A stretch of DNA of 53,501 bases from Thermoplasmatota archaeon. Its GTDB lineage: Archaea; Thermoplasmatota; E2; UBA202; JdFR-43. Within the stretch, counting starts at the first letter, position 1. Each line of letters starts with the position of its first letter. The notes beneath the pieces were generated by a model. It made no database searches. It worked only from the letters and a program-made list of their open reading frames with translations, and was not told where the DNA came from. The stretch lies in assembly GCA_038818725.1 (NCBI GenBank), contig JAWAYL010000004.1:1-53501 (forward strand). Direction: 5' to 3'. Below, piece after piece: positions 23,513 through 33,231 of the stretch. The translations under genes were made by a program, and so were the position numbers.

Positions 23513-23602
23513 ATGTTTTTTAAAGCATTCTTTATGCCAGTACTTGCCATTTTTATAAATTTCATCTTTTTCTATTTCTTTTTTGCAATATGAACATTCC
23601 AT
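23492..23602 (-). CDS. 36-aa zinc-finger microprotein, C-x2-C-x16-H-x2-C (LIM-finger-like)
   Basis: Hand translation MECSYCKKEIEKDEIYKNGKYWHKECFKKHLREKGC*. TTTATAAA box (23622-23629) about 23 nt upstream and host-like codons. Below the ORF-track cutoff. Confidence 0.72.
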   Translation of the reverse strand: MECSYCKKEIEKDEIYKNGKYWHKECFKKHLREKGC

Positions 23603-23629
23603 GCTGATAAATATTTTTGGTTTTATAAA

Positions 23630-25498
23630 TTAAATTGATTCTCTTGTTATAACTGCGATACCTCTTTCAAAATCAATCATTTCTTCTCTATTTAGCATAC
23701 ATTGTCCAACTGCAATAAGCTCGTCCTCCTTATTTACTATCAATGCTTCATCATATGGTCTCAATTGGTTGCAAGCATCTAATACAAATTTTGCAAAAAC
23801 ATTTTTTCCTTTTTTTACAAATGGTATAGCATCATCTGCAATATATACTCTCATTTTTGGTTGACTGAAATGTTTATGCAATATTTTTGCTCCTTCTTTT
23901 TTAAGAGTGAAAAAGCCATCAGACGCACGCATTGAAACAACGTGTTTCCCATCACAGATAACATTCCTTATTTTCCCTGTTTTTTTAGATTTAACTATCT
24001 CTATTTTTCCACTAAAAAGAGCGTTTCCTGCACCTTTTCCAAATTGATAATCAGCAATTGCCTTTATTTTTCTTAAATCAAAATCCCGACTTTTTTTTCC
24101 TGTCTTTTCATACTCAACATATTTTAAATTTTTTAATTTTCTCCATATCTTTGATTTTTCTTTTCTTGCTTCATAATCAAGATTTTCTGGAAAAATTGAT
24201 TGAGCAATTGGATAAATCTCATCAAGTTCTGCGGGAACTAAGCCAAAAGGAGATTCTATAAAAACATTTGCCTCAATTTCCTTTATCCATTCATTTTTAG
24301 TGGAATAGGGTTTTGGCAAATCATCAAAAATTACACTTTCATCAAAAAATGGTGTATATCTTTCAATAATTCTCTTCTGCAATCTATATACTATCGGACG
24401 ATGCATTGAATATTTGCTACTGTATATGAAAGCCCTATCTTTAGATATATTTTCATACCTTTCAAGCCATTTTTTATTTTTCTTCATTATTTCCATCGCT
24501 TCTATTAGCATTGGATGGCATGCTGCTCTTCTTTCAACAACTTCCATAAGATAACCATGTCTTATTGCTTCTCTAATTTTTTTTAATTCATTAAAAGCTT
24601 GTAAAAGATTATGCTTTGCAATAATTCTTTCTCTCTCTTTTCTTTCCATTTTCTTAATTTCATCTGCAGAATATGAATTACAAATCTTACAATTGCAAGG
24701 TATTTCTACCATTTCCTGAAGCTTTTTTGTTCCATCTGGAAATATAAATCTATTGTCCTTGGCATATTTAACATATGATGCAGAGTCAAAGATATCGCAA
24801 CCCAAGGCAACAGCCATTGGAAAAATCAATGGATGACCTGCTCCAAAAAGATGAACAGGCCTTGAAGGAGGAATATATTTTTTACACTCTATTATTATTT
24901 CAGCGAGTTTTTTATATTCTTGATTTTCCATCAGGGGAACAACACCACCTATAGGGTAAATATCTGCTCTTAATTTTGCCATCTCTTTTGAGCATTTTCT
25001 TCTCAAATCTCTGTAAATTCCTCCTTGAATTGTGCATGCAAGCAACATTTCTCCTTTTTCATTTATACTTTCTTTTGCTCTTCTTATTGTTTCCTCTGTC
25101 TCCTTTTTAACAATTTCATATTCTTTTTTTTCTGAAAATATATCAAGAATTGTTCCTATATCACTACCAATTTCTCTCTGAAATTTCAATATTTCAACAG
25201 CATCTATTTTTACTCCATATTTATAAATCTGAAAGGAGCCAGAATCTGTCATTATTGGTTTATTAAACTCAAGCATGGAATGCAAACCTTTCTCAATAGC
25301 TTCTTTTCTCAATTTTTCATCATTGTAGATGATATAAGAATTTGTTATTATGGCATCTGCCATCGGAATTTCATCAATTTTCACTAAATCTATATGAGGA
25401 TTTATCACTGGCAAAAGAGTTGGAGTTAAAATTTTACCATGTTTTGTATGGATTATACCAATTCTCGCAAGTCCATCCCTTGCTTTTATTTCAAACAT
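23630..25498 (-). CDS. tgtA: Archaeosine tRNA-guanine(15) transglycosylase with C-terminal PUA domain
   Basis: MFEIKARDGLARIG, DSGSFQ, HLFGAGHP, FDSASY and CNCKIC...HN zinc site; PUA tail. Real start is ATG 25498, one base after the nrdJ stop. Confidence 0.95.
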   Translation of the reverse strand: MFEIKARDGLARIGIIHTKHGKILTPTLLPVINPHIDLVKIDEIPMADAIITNSYIIYNDEKLRKEAIEKGLHSMLEFNKPIMTDSGSFQIYKYGVKIDAVEILKFQREIGSDIGTILDIFSEKKEYEIVKKETEETIRRAKESINEKGEMLLACTIQGGIYRDLRRKCSKEMAKLRADIYPIGGVVPLMENQEYKKLAEIIIECKKYIPPSRPVHLFGAGHPLIFPMAVALGCDIFDSASYVKYAKDNRFIFPDGTKKLQEMVEIPCNCKICNSYSADEIKKMERKERERIIAKHNLLQAFNELKKIREAIRHGYLMEVVERRAACHPMLIEAMEIMKKNKKWLERYENISKDRAFIYSSKYSMHRPIVYRLQKRIIERYTPFFDESVIFDDLPKPYSTKNEWIKEIEANVFIESPFGLVPAELDEIYPIAQSIFPENLDYEARKEKSKIWRKLKNLKYVEYEKTGKKSRDFDLRKIKAIADYQFGKGAGNALFSGKIEIVKSKKTGKIRNVICDGKHVVSMRASDGFFTLKKEGAKILHKHFSQPKMRVYIADDAIPFVKKGKNVFAKFVLDACNQLRPYDEALIVNKEDELIAVGQCMLNREEMIDFERGIAVITRESI

Positions 25499-25499
25499 T

Positions 25500-27683
25500 T
25501 TATCCACAAGTTGAGTAGCCACAGTGCTTGCATATCCTGCATCCTTCCTCATATATAAGAGGTGAGCCACAATCAGGGCATACCCCTATAGGATATATTT
25601 CCTCTCCTTCTTTTTCTTCAAAATGATCAAGTCTTGGTGTTTCAAAAACCCCCTCACCTTTCACATATTCTTCTATTGCTTTAGCTATTGCATCTGGGCA
25701 AGAGAGAATTTTCATACCCTTCAAAAGATTTGAAGGATTTGGGCATCTTATCAGTTTAAGCTGTTTTATTATTGCCTCTGGCCTTACTCCAGATCGGAGA
25801 CAAAGTGAAACCAACCTTCCTACTGCCTCAAGCTGAGCATCTGCGCATCCCCCTGCTTTCCCCAATCTTGCAAATACTTCAAAAAGCCCTTTCTCATCCT
25901 CATTCATCGTTACATACAGGTTGCCACAACCAGTTGGGAGCTTTCTTGTTATGCCTTTCATTACCGCAGGGCGGGGGCGGGGCATACTCTTTTTTGTTGT
26001 TATTACTTGCTCGGGTCTGCTTCCGAATCTATAAACAGTTATGCCCTTGCATTTCATTTCATAGGCTAGCATATATGCATTTCTTACATCATCAATTGTT
26101 GCATCTTCTCTTAAATTTATTGTTTTTGAAGTAGCATTGTCGACATGTTTTTGAAAAGTGGCTTGCATCATTACATGCCATTCTGGAGGAATATCTAAGG
26201 CGGTTACAAAAATTCGCTGTATCTCTTTTGGGATAGCATCTATGCCTTGAACGGAGCCATTTCTTTCTGCAATTTCTTCAAGCAATTCATTGCTTAAAAA
26301 TCCTTCTTCTTCTGCAATTTTTTTGAAATAAGGATTTATTTCATACAATTTATCATCTTTATCAAGAACATTTCTTGTAAATGAGATTGCAAAAAATGGC
26401 TCAATTCCAGATGAACAGCCAGCAATTATTGAGATGCTACCAGTTGGTGCAATTGTTGTAACTGTTGCATTTCTCATTGCTTCATATTTTCTATAATATA
26501 TGCTCTTTTTAAAATTTGGAAATGAACCGCGATTTTTCCCAAGCTCAATAGAAGCATTCTTTGCTTCTTTCTGTATAAATGACATTATTCTATCAGCTAA
26601 TTTTAAAGCCTTTTCATCCATATAGGAAATATTTAACTGAACAAGCATATCCGCAAAACCCATTATTCCCAGCCCTATTTTTCTGTTGGCAAGCGTCATT
26701 TCTGCAATTTGTGGAATCTGGTATCTATTCATGTCAATTACATTATCAAGAAAATGAACCGCCTTCCATACAACTTCTCTCAATTTTTCCCAATCTATTT
26801 CTCCGTTTTTAACAAATTTTGCAAGATTTATTGAACCAAGATTGCATGATTCGTAAGGCAAAAGAGGTTGCTCTCCACATGGGTTTGTTGCTTCTATTTC
26901 TCCTATTTCAGGTGTAGGATTATGGCGATTTATTTCATCTATGAATATTATTCCTGGCTCTCCTGTTTTCCATGCTTCCTCGACGATTTTATCAAATACC
27001 ATTCTTGCATTGATTTTTTTAACTGCCTTTTTTGTCCTCGGATTTATTAATTCATAATCTTCTCCCTTTTTAACTTTCTCCATAAATTCGTCAGTGACTG
27101 CAACAGAAATATTGAAATTTGTAAGCTCCTGTGGGTTTTCCTTGCAAGTTATGAATTCAAGTATATCTGGATGATCTACTCTAAGAATGCCCATATTGGC
27201 GCCCCTCCTCCTTCCTCCTTGCTTTATTACGTCTGTTGCGGAATTAAAAACTTTCATAAATGAAACCGGACCACTTGCAATTCCTCCTGTACTTTTCACA
27301 ATATCTCCTTTGGGCCTAATACGCGAAAAAGAAAAACCGGTTCCACCACCGCTTTGATGTATTAATGCAGTATATTTTAGAGTTTCAAAAATTTTATCCA
27401 TTGAATCTTCAACTGGCAAAACAAAACAAGCAGAAAGCTGTTGAATATTTGTTCCAGCATTCATTAGAGTTGGAGAATTTGGCAAAAATAACAAATTTGA
27501 CATTATTTCATAAAATTCTTTTTCTGATTTTTTTGCATCCTCCCCATATTTTTCATCAGCAAGCGAAATATTTTTTGCAATCCTATGAAACATTTCTTCT
27601 GGAGTTTCTATAACATTGCCATTCTCATCTTTTTTGAGATATCTTTTTTCTAAAACTTTTATTGCATTTTCAGTGAGTTTCAT
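25500..27683 (-). CDS. nrdJ: Adenosylcobalamin-dependent (class II) ribonucleotide reductase with C-terminal TSCPD-like and zinc-ribbon domains
   Basis: PNSPTLMNAG, LSACFV, GGGTG, RRGANM, TNPCGEQ, CNLGS, IAPTG and SKTIN; C-terminal CPDCG...C..CGYS.C. No ATP cone, no intein. Confidence 0.92.
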   Translation of the reverse strand: MKLTENAIKVLEKRYLKKDENGNVIETPEEMFHRIAKNISLADEKYGEDAKKSEKEFYEIMSNLLFLPNSPTLMNAGTNIQQLSACFVLPVEDSMDKIFETLKYTALIHQSGGGTGFSFSRIRPKGDIVKSTGGIASGPVSFMKVFNSATDVIKQGGRRRGANMGILRVDHPDILEFITCKENPQELTNFNISVAVTDEFMEKVKKGEDYELINPRTKKAVKKINARMVFDKIVEEAWKTGEPGIIFIDEINRHNPTPEIGEIEATNPCGEQPLLPYESCNLGSINLAKFVKNGEIDWEKLREVVWKAVHFLDNVIDMNRYQIPQIAEMTLANRKIGLGIMGFADMLVQLNISYMDEKALKLADRIMSFIQKEAKNASIELGKNRGSFPNFKKSIYYRKYEAMRNATVTTIAPTGSISIIAGCSSGIEPFFAISFTRNVLDKDDKLYEINPYFKKIAEEEGFLSNELLEEIAERNGSVQGIDAIPKEIQRIFVTALDIPPEWHVMMQATFQKHVDNATSKTINLREDATIDDVRNAYMLAYEMKCKGITVYRFGSRPEQVITTKKSMPRPRPAVMKGITRKLPTGCGNLYVTMNEDEKGLFEVFARLGKAGGCADAQLEAVGRLVSLCLRSGVRPEAIIKQLKLIRCPNPSNLLKGMKILSCPDAIAKAIEEYVKGEGVFETPRLDHFEEKEGEEIYPIGVCPDCGSPLIYEEGCRICKHCGYSTCG

Positions 27684-27720
27684 AATTGCTATAATATTGT
27701 TTATTAAAATATTTTCTCAT

Positions 27721-27942
27721 TTAAATTGTCTCAAGCGAAAACATTACTCCTGTTCCTTTTAAAACAGATTGTATTTTGTCAGCAAACCATAGCAAGGTAT
27801 CTATGTCTGGTTCTCTATCCCATTCATAAACAAAATCATAGTTTCCTCTAACCGCTTTAAGACCCAGCTGAAATAATCTATCTTTGACTTCAGATGGTCT
27901 CGCTCCCTCACTGCTGAATACAAGTGTTATATAAGTTTTCAT
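27721..27942 (-). CDS. Small hypothetical protein (73 aa, possible ferredoxin/ACT-like fold)
   Basis: Clean ORF with alternating beta/alpha pattern (FSSEGARPSEV...GNYDFVYEW...FSLETI) and a TATA-like box upstream. Fills the nrdJ-feoA gap. Confidence 0.75.
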   Translation of the reverse strand: MKTYITLVFSSEGARPSEVKDRLFQLGLKAVRGNYDFVYEWDREPDIDTLLWFADKIQSVLKGTGVMFSLETI

Positions 27943-27984
27943 TGATAATAAATAAAAATTGATATAAAAAATTTTGCAGTAAAA

Positions 27985-28000
27985 TTTAGGTTAGCCGAAA
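27985..28000. promoter_or_regulatory. DtxR/IdeR/MntR-type metal-responsive operator upstream of feoAB
   Basis: TTTAGGTTAGCCGAAA is a near-palindrome resembling the DtxR-family box (TTAGGTTAGCCTAA core). It lies immediately upstream of the feoA TATA-like TTTTTAAATA (28003-28012). Confidence 0.75.
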
Positions 28001-28029
28001 TATTTTTAAATATTCATAATTTCTGCTTT

Positions 28030-28260
28030 GTGGAAATTTCATTAACTGATCTAGAAATAGGAAAGGAAGGGAAAATTGTAAGAATAGAGGGCGGATTTGG
28101 TTTTAAAAGAAGATTAAGAAATGTTGGATTAAGAGAAAATAAAATTATAAGAAAAGTAGCATCTCATCCTTTAAATGGGCCAATAGTAGTTGAGATAGAT
28201 GGAAGAGAAATAAGCATTGGCAGGGGGATGGCGAGGAAAATATTTGTTGAGATAAAATGA
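28030..28260 (+). CDS. feoA: Ferrous iron transport protein A
   Basis: SH3-like: L.DL..G..G.I..I.GG....RRL..G, P..GPI.V.I.G...SIGRG.A.KI.V. GTG start. Confidence 0.93.
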   Translation: MEISLTDLEIGKEGKIVRIEGGFGFKRRLRNVGLRENKIIRKVASHPLNGPIVVEIDGREISIGRGMARKIFVEIK

Positions 28261-29957
28261 AGATAGTTTTAATGGGAAATCCTAATGTTGGAAAAAGCAT
28301 CATCTTCTCCCGCCTCACTGGTGTAGGCGCAATAGTTTCAAATTACCCAGGCACAACTGTTGATTTTACAAAAGGAAAAATGAAGCTTGGTGAAAAAATA
28401 TTTGAAATTATAGATGCGCCAGGAACATATTCTTTAAGAGCATCAAATAAGGCGGAGGAAGTTGCGAAAAAATTGTTTGATGAAGCAGATTTAATAATAA
28501 ATGTTGTTGATGCAACAAATCTCGAAAGGAATTTATTTTTAACGCTTGAAATTCTTGAAGAGAAAAAGCCTGTTATTATTGCTTTAAATTTATGGGATGA
28601 AGCGAAGCATAAAGGAATTGAAATAGATTTAAAAGAGCTTGAAAAAATTCTTGCTACGCCTGTTGTTGCAACAGTTGCATTAACTGGAGAAGGAATAAAA
28701 GAATTGGTGGAAAGAATAAAGGATGCAAAAGCTAAGGAAAGAAAGAAAAGTAGCGATGATGAAAAATGGGCGGAAATAGGTAGAATTATAAGAAATGTTC
28801 AAATAGTTAAGCATCGCCATCATACTTTAGGAGATAGGCTGTCTGAAGCTTCAATAAAGCCATTAACTGGTTTGCCAATAGCAATACTCATTTTATTCTT
28901 ATCTTTTTTATCAGTCCTCTTCGTTGGAGAAGCTCTAATAAATTATTTTTTCAATCCACTTTTTGATATCTATAAAACATTTTTAATAAAGTTTAGCAAT
29001 TTTCTTGGAGAAGGAATAATTCATGATATTATTATAGGTAAATTAATCAATGGCCAAATAGATTTTATGCAATCATTAGGAATAATTACAACAGGTTTGT
29101 ATGTTCCATTTGGTATTGTTCTTCCTTATGTATTTTCATTTTATCTAATTCTTGCAATAATTGAAGACACTGGGTATTTACCTCGCTTATCAACTTTGCT
29201 AGATAATATTTTCCATCGCCTTGGAATGCATGGCTCTGGCGTAATATCTCTTTTCCTCGGCTTGGGTTGCAATGTTCCTGGATTGCTTTCTACAAGAATA
29301 CTTGATACAAAAAAACAGAGATTTATAGCAATAACTCTACTAAGTATAGCGATTCCATGCATGGCACAAACCGCAATGATATTTGCCCTTCTTGCTAGAT
29401 ATGGTATAAAATATATTCTTATAGTTTATTTAACCCTTGGGATGATCTATATTGCGGGGGGTTTATTATTGAACAGATTTTTAAAAGGAGAAAGCACTGA
29501 AATATTTCTGGAAATTCCTCCTTACCGCCTTCCCAGCATTTCATCAATTTTCAAGAAAACATGGCTGAGAATAAAATGGTTTCTTTTAGATGCTATTCCA
29601 TGGCTTTTCACTGGTGTTTTTATAACAAGCATTCTTTACTCTTCAAGCATATTTTCAAAAATCGCAGAAATATTTTCACCACTTATGCAGCCAATTTTCG
29701 GGCTGCCTGGCGAAGCAACTCTACCTCTTCTTATGGGTTTTCTTAGGAAGGATTTGGCGATCGGGTTGCTTCTTCCACTTGGGCTGAATGCGGCGCAGAC
29801 AACAGTAGCGGTAATAGTGCTTGCAATTTATTTCCCATGTGCTGCATCTTTTGCAGTTTTGCTTAAAGAGTTAGGAAAGGATGCAATAAAATCAATTTTA
29901 ATTATGCTCCTTACTGCTCTATTTGTTGGATTTATCATGAAGACAATACTTATTTAA
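28257..29957 (+). CDS. feoB: Ferrous iron transport protein B
   Basis: GNPNVGKS, NYPGTTVD, DAPG, DATNLERN and NLWD GTPase motifs; Gate domains EDTGYLPR, GCNVP and PCMA. Confidence 0.95.
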   Translation: MKIVLMGNPNVGKSIIFSRLTGVGAIVSNYPGTTVDFTKGKMKLGEKIFEIIDAPGTYSLRASNKAEEVAKKLFDEADLIINVVDATNLERNLFLTLEILEEKKPVIIALNLWDEAKHKGIEIDLKELEKILATPVVATVALTGEGIKELVERIKDAKAKERKKSSDDEKWAEIGRIIRNVQIVKHRHHTLGDRLSEASIKPLTGLPIAILILFLSFLSVLFVGEALINYFFNPLFDIYKTFLIKFSNFLGEGIIHDIIIGKLINGQIDFMQSLGIITTGLYVPFGIVLPYVFSFYLILAIIEDTGYLPRLSTLLDNIFHRLGMHGSGVISLFLGLGCNVPGLLSTRILDTKKQRFIAITLLSIAIPCMAQTAMIFALLARYGIKYILIVYLTLGMIYIAGGLLLNRFLKGESTEIFLEIPPYRLPSISSIFKKTWLRIKWFLLDAIPWLFTGVFITSILYSSSIFSKIAEIFSPLMQPIFGLPGEATLPLLMGFLRKDLAIGLLLPLGLNAAQTTVAVIVLAIYFPCAASFAVLLKELGKDAIKSILIMLLTALFVGFIMKTILI

Positions 29958-29977
29958 GGCTTTTTGATATTTTCTTT

Positions 29978-32428
29978 ATGAAATTCATTTCATTGCTACT
30001 TGGTTTGCTATTTATAACACCCATTAATTATGAAATTCCTATTGAAGGAAATAGTGTTTATGAAAATGCCTGTAGATACAATATCCAAGGATGGATCTAT
30101 GTTCATATAGAAGGAGATGCATATAAGCGTGGCTACCAACATGGATGGCTTTTATATGCGGAAATAACAGATATGATTTATAGATGGAGCAATATTATTC
30201 ATAATTGTCCATTTATTATAAAATATTTACCAGTTGATGTAAATTCATCAAGATATGAAAAGATATCTGCGAGATGGTGGAATGAATGCAAAAAAATCTG
30301 TATGAGAATATTTTGGCCTTATTATCCAGACGAATATAAGGAGGAAATAAAAGGGATAGCTGATGGAGCAAAGGCGAGAGGAGTTAAAATATATGGAAAT
30401 GATATAACCTATGAAGATATTCTCACCCTCAATGAAATGTATGAATTGATGAGCATACTGACAAATTTTCCGAAAGGATTTCATTTTTTGAGAGATATTT
30501 TTAATGCCTTTTCTATCGGAGATTTTTATGAATTTGCTCTATCATTTTATCCAGCTCATCATTGCAATGGTTTTGCAGCTGTTGGAAATGCAACAAAAGA
30601 TGGAAATATTGTTATAAGTGATAGTGTGTGGTGTGGCGGATGGTGGTATAGCTACTATATAGCTCAAAGATGGAATGTAATTCTTGATATAGAGCCAAGC
30701 AACGGGCATCGCTTGATTATTTCAACTTCTCCTGGCTATATATGGAGTGATGAAGATTTCTGGCAAAATGATAATGGGCTGGCTATGATTGAAACAACTT
30801 TCATACAGGGATTTTTTAAATTGCATGGTATACCTCTTGCAATAAGGGCAAGAATGGCAATTCAATATGGAAATAATATAGATGATGTAATAAAATATCT
30901 TCTTGAGGGAAATACTGGGGTGATGAATGCTCAATGGCTTATTGCTGACGCAGAAGAAAAGGAAATAGCACTTCTTGAATTTGGTTTGTATCATCATAAT
31001 GTGATAAGAAAAAAGGATGGATTTTTATGGAGTGCAAACAATCCCTTTGATTTTAGAGTAAGGAGAGATATTATAGGATATGAATTTCTTAAAGCACCTT
31101 TCTTTAGGCTGGCTCACATTATGCTAAATGCAACTGGCTATCAATATTATACTCTTTTTTATACTCCTTCCGAAAGAGATATAAAATTTGAAGAGCTTGG
31201 CAATCAATATTATGGAAAAATAGATAGCGAGATTGTAAAGAAAATAATGTTTTCTCCACCAATAACTGATTTTACAACAGATTGCAAAATAACAGACGGA
31301 AATTTAATATTTAACAATTCTTTGTGGGCATTTTTTGGAAACCCAACATATGTATGGAATACCTCTTCTTTAAATAAATTAAAAGGTGTTGTTGATGTAC
31401 CTCCAGCTGGCTGGGTTAAAATTGATGGAGTTGCTTATAACTTTACTCCTAATTATGAGAAAAATGAAGTTATCAAGGGAAGAGGAGGTAAGCTTTTATG
31501 GATTTTTGAATTTGGAGATAAAAATCATGAATATGCAAGCTTAAAAAGCGATGGAAAAAATATATATGCGTATTTTAATAAAACTTTATATGTTTTAAAT
31601 GAAAATGGAAGCTTAATAATTGAGAAAAATTTTGGCGAAGAAATAAACGATTTGGAAATAAAAGATGAATTAATATACGTTGCAACTGATGAAAATTCTT
31701 ATTCTTTTTCTATTGATGGAAAAATTTTATGGAGAGGAGAAGGAGGAAAGGATATTGAAATAGGAGATAAGATTTATGTGAGCAATAATCTTATGGAATA
31801 CAAGGATAAAATATATTATGTAGAAGGAAATAAAATTTATTGTGATAAATGGAGCTATAATGCAAGTGGAAAAATTTTGTCTTTATTGATAGTAGATGAT
31901 ATCTATGTAGGAGCAATTGATGGTATATATTGCTTAAACAAAAACGGCGAATTAAAATGGAAACTAAATACTGGATGGGGGATTATAGATATAGATTGCA
32001 GCAGTGAAATATATGCTGCTTGTTTAGATGGAAATTTATATTGCATTGATAAAAATGGATTAAAAAAATGGATTTTTACAACAAATGCATCTCTTAAAGG
32101 AATTGATGCGTATGGAGATAAAATTTTTGTTTCATCAACAGATGGAAGATTTTATGCAGTTAATAAAAGTGGAAAAGTTGATTTCAGCTTCTCGCCAGCT
32201 TATGAAATAAATGGCTTGTATAATTTCATTACAACCCCTATATCAAAGCCAGTTGCAATGAATGGAAAAGTATTTTTTTCAGCAAATGGAAAGATATATT
32301 GCATGGATGCGGAAACAATTGAAATTATAAATATAGAAAAGAAAAATGAATCAACCATCTTAATTTTAATTGGAATAATTGCTCTGCTTGCTTTAATCTA
32401 TATCCTATTAAAAAAAAGAAGAAAATAA
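29978..32428 (+). CDS. Secreted, membrane-anchored C45/phospholipase-B-like Ntn hydrolase fused to a PQQ-like beta-propeller
   Basis: Signal peptide; YVHIEG..Y.RGYQHG, EE..GIADG and HCNGF.AVG.AT.DG (Cys nucleophile), IETT; propeller repeats (G.LKW, G..KW); C-terminal TM plus KKRRK. Confidence 0.78.
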   Translation: MKFISLLLGLLFITPINYEIPIEGNSVYENACRYNIQGWIYVHIEGDAYKRGYQHGWLLYAEITDMIYRWSNIIHNCPFIIKYLPVDVNSSRYEKISARWWNECKKICMRIFWPYYPDEYKEEIKGIADGAKARGVKIYGNDITYEDILTLNEMYELMSILTNFPKGFHFLRDIFNAFSIGDFYEFALSFYPAHHCNGFAAVGNATKDGNIVISDSVWCGGWWYSYYIAQRWNVILDIEPSNGHRLIISTSPGYIWSDEDFWQNDNGLAMIETTFIQGFFKLHGIPLAIRARMAIQYGNNIDDVIKYLLEGNTGVMNAQWLIADAEEKEIALLEFGLYHHNVIRKKDGFLWSANNPFDFRVRRDIIGYEFLKAPFFRLAHIMLNATGYQYYTLFYTPSERDIKFEELGNQYYGKIDSEIVKKIMFSPPITDFTTDCKITDGNLIFNNSLWAFFGNPTYVWNTSSLNKLKGVVDVPPAGWVKIDGVAYNFTPNYEKNEVIKGRGGKLLWIFEFGDKNHEYASLKSDGKNIYAYFNKTLYVLNENGSLIIEKNFGEEINDLEIKDELIYVATDENSYSFSIDGKILWRGEGGKDIEIGDKIYVSNNLMEYKDKIYYVEGNKIYCDKWSYNASGKILSLLIVDDIYVGAIDGIYCLNKNGELKWKLNTGWGIIDIDCSSEIYAACLDGNLYCIDKNGLKKWIFTTNASLKGIDAYGDKIFVSSTDGRFYAVNKSGKVDFSFSPAYEINGLYNFITTPISKPVAMNGKVFFSANGKIYCMDAETIEIINIEKKNESTILILIGIIALLALIYILLKKRRK

Positions 32429-32454
32429 ATTAAATATCAATTTTATTTACATTT

Positions 32455-33231
32455 GTGGAAAGAAGAGACATAAAAGTTGCAATTCTCAGAATGGAAGGAA
32501 CAAATTGCGAGGAGGAAAGCTTAAATGCCTTTCTTCGCCTTAAAGTAAATGCTGAATATGTTCATCTAAAAGAATTTGAAAGAAAAAAAAAGAATTTGAT
32601 GGACTATCACTGCATATTTTTGCCCGGCGGTTTTTCAGGCGGCGATTATGTGAGGGCGGGCGCAATCTTTGCATCCCGCCTGAAGGCAAGCATTTTTAAG
32701 GAACTTGTTAGATATGTTGATGAAGGATATGCTATTGTTGGAATTTGCAATGGTTTTCAGGTGCTTGTTGAAATTGGACTTCTTCCCGCTTTGAATGGAA
32801 TAGCTGATGAGCCTGAAGCTTGTCTTGCAACAAATGATTCAAACAGATTTGAATGCAGGCAAACTTTGCTAAGGCATGAAGGAAATTGCCAATTAACAAA
32901 AAATATTAAAAAAGGGAAAATTTGCCTAATTCCATGTGCTCATGCAGAGGGAAAATTAATTTTCAAAAGCGAGGAATATGCTGAAGAAGTAAATGAAAAG
33001 CAGGTTGTTTTCAGATATGTAAATGAAAATGGCAAGGAAGATGGCTATCCTTTTAATCCAAATGGTTCATATGCAAATATTGCTGGAATAACTAATCCAC
33101 AAGGAAATATTTTAGGTATGATGCCACATCCAGAAAGAGCATTTTATAGATGGCAAAATATTAACTGGCATAGAGGAGATGGAAAAAGTATATTTGAAGG
33201 AATAATTAAATATATAGAGAAAAGATGTTAG
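32455..33231 (+). CDS. purQ: Phosphoribosylformylglycinamidine synthase glutaminase subunit
   Basis: EGTNCE, PGGFSGGDY, GICNGFQ, AHAEG, NPNGS and MPHPER. GTG start. Confidence 0.95.
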   Translation: MERRDIKVAILRMEGTNCEEESLNAFLRLKVNAEYVHLKEFERKKKNLMDYHCIFLPGGFSGGDYVRAGAIFASRLKASIFKELVRYVDEGYAIVGICNGFQVLVEIGLLPALNGIADEPEACLATNDSNRFECRQTLLRHEGNCQLTKNIKKGKICLIPCAHAEGKLIFKSEEYAEEVNEKQVVFRYVNENGKEDGYPFNPNGSYANIAGITNPQGNILGMMPHPERAFYRWQNINWHRGDGKSIFEGIIKYIEKRC

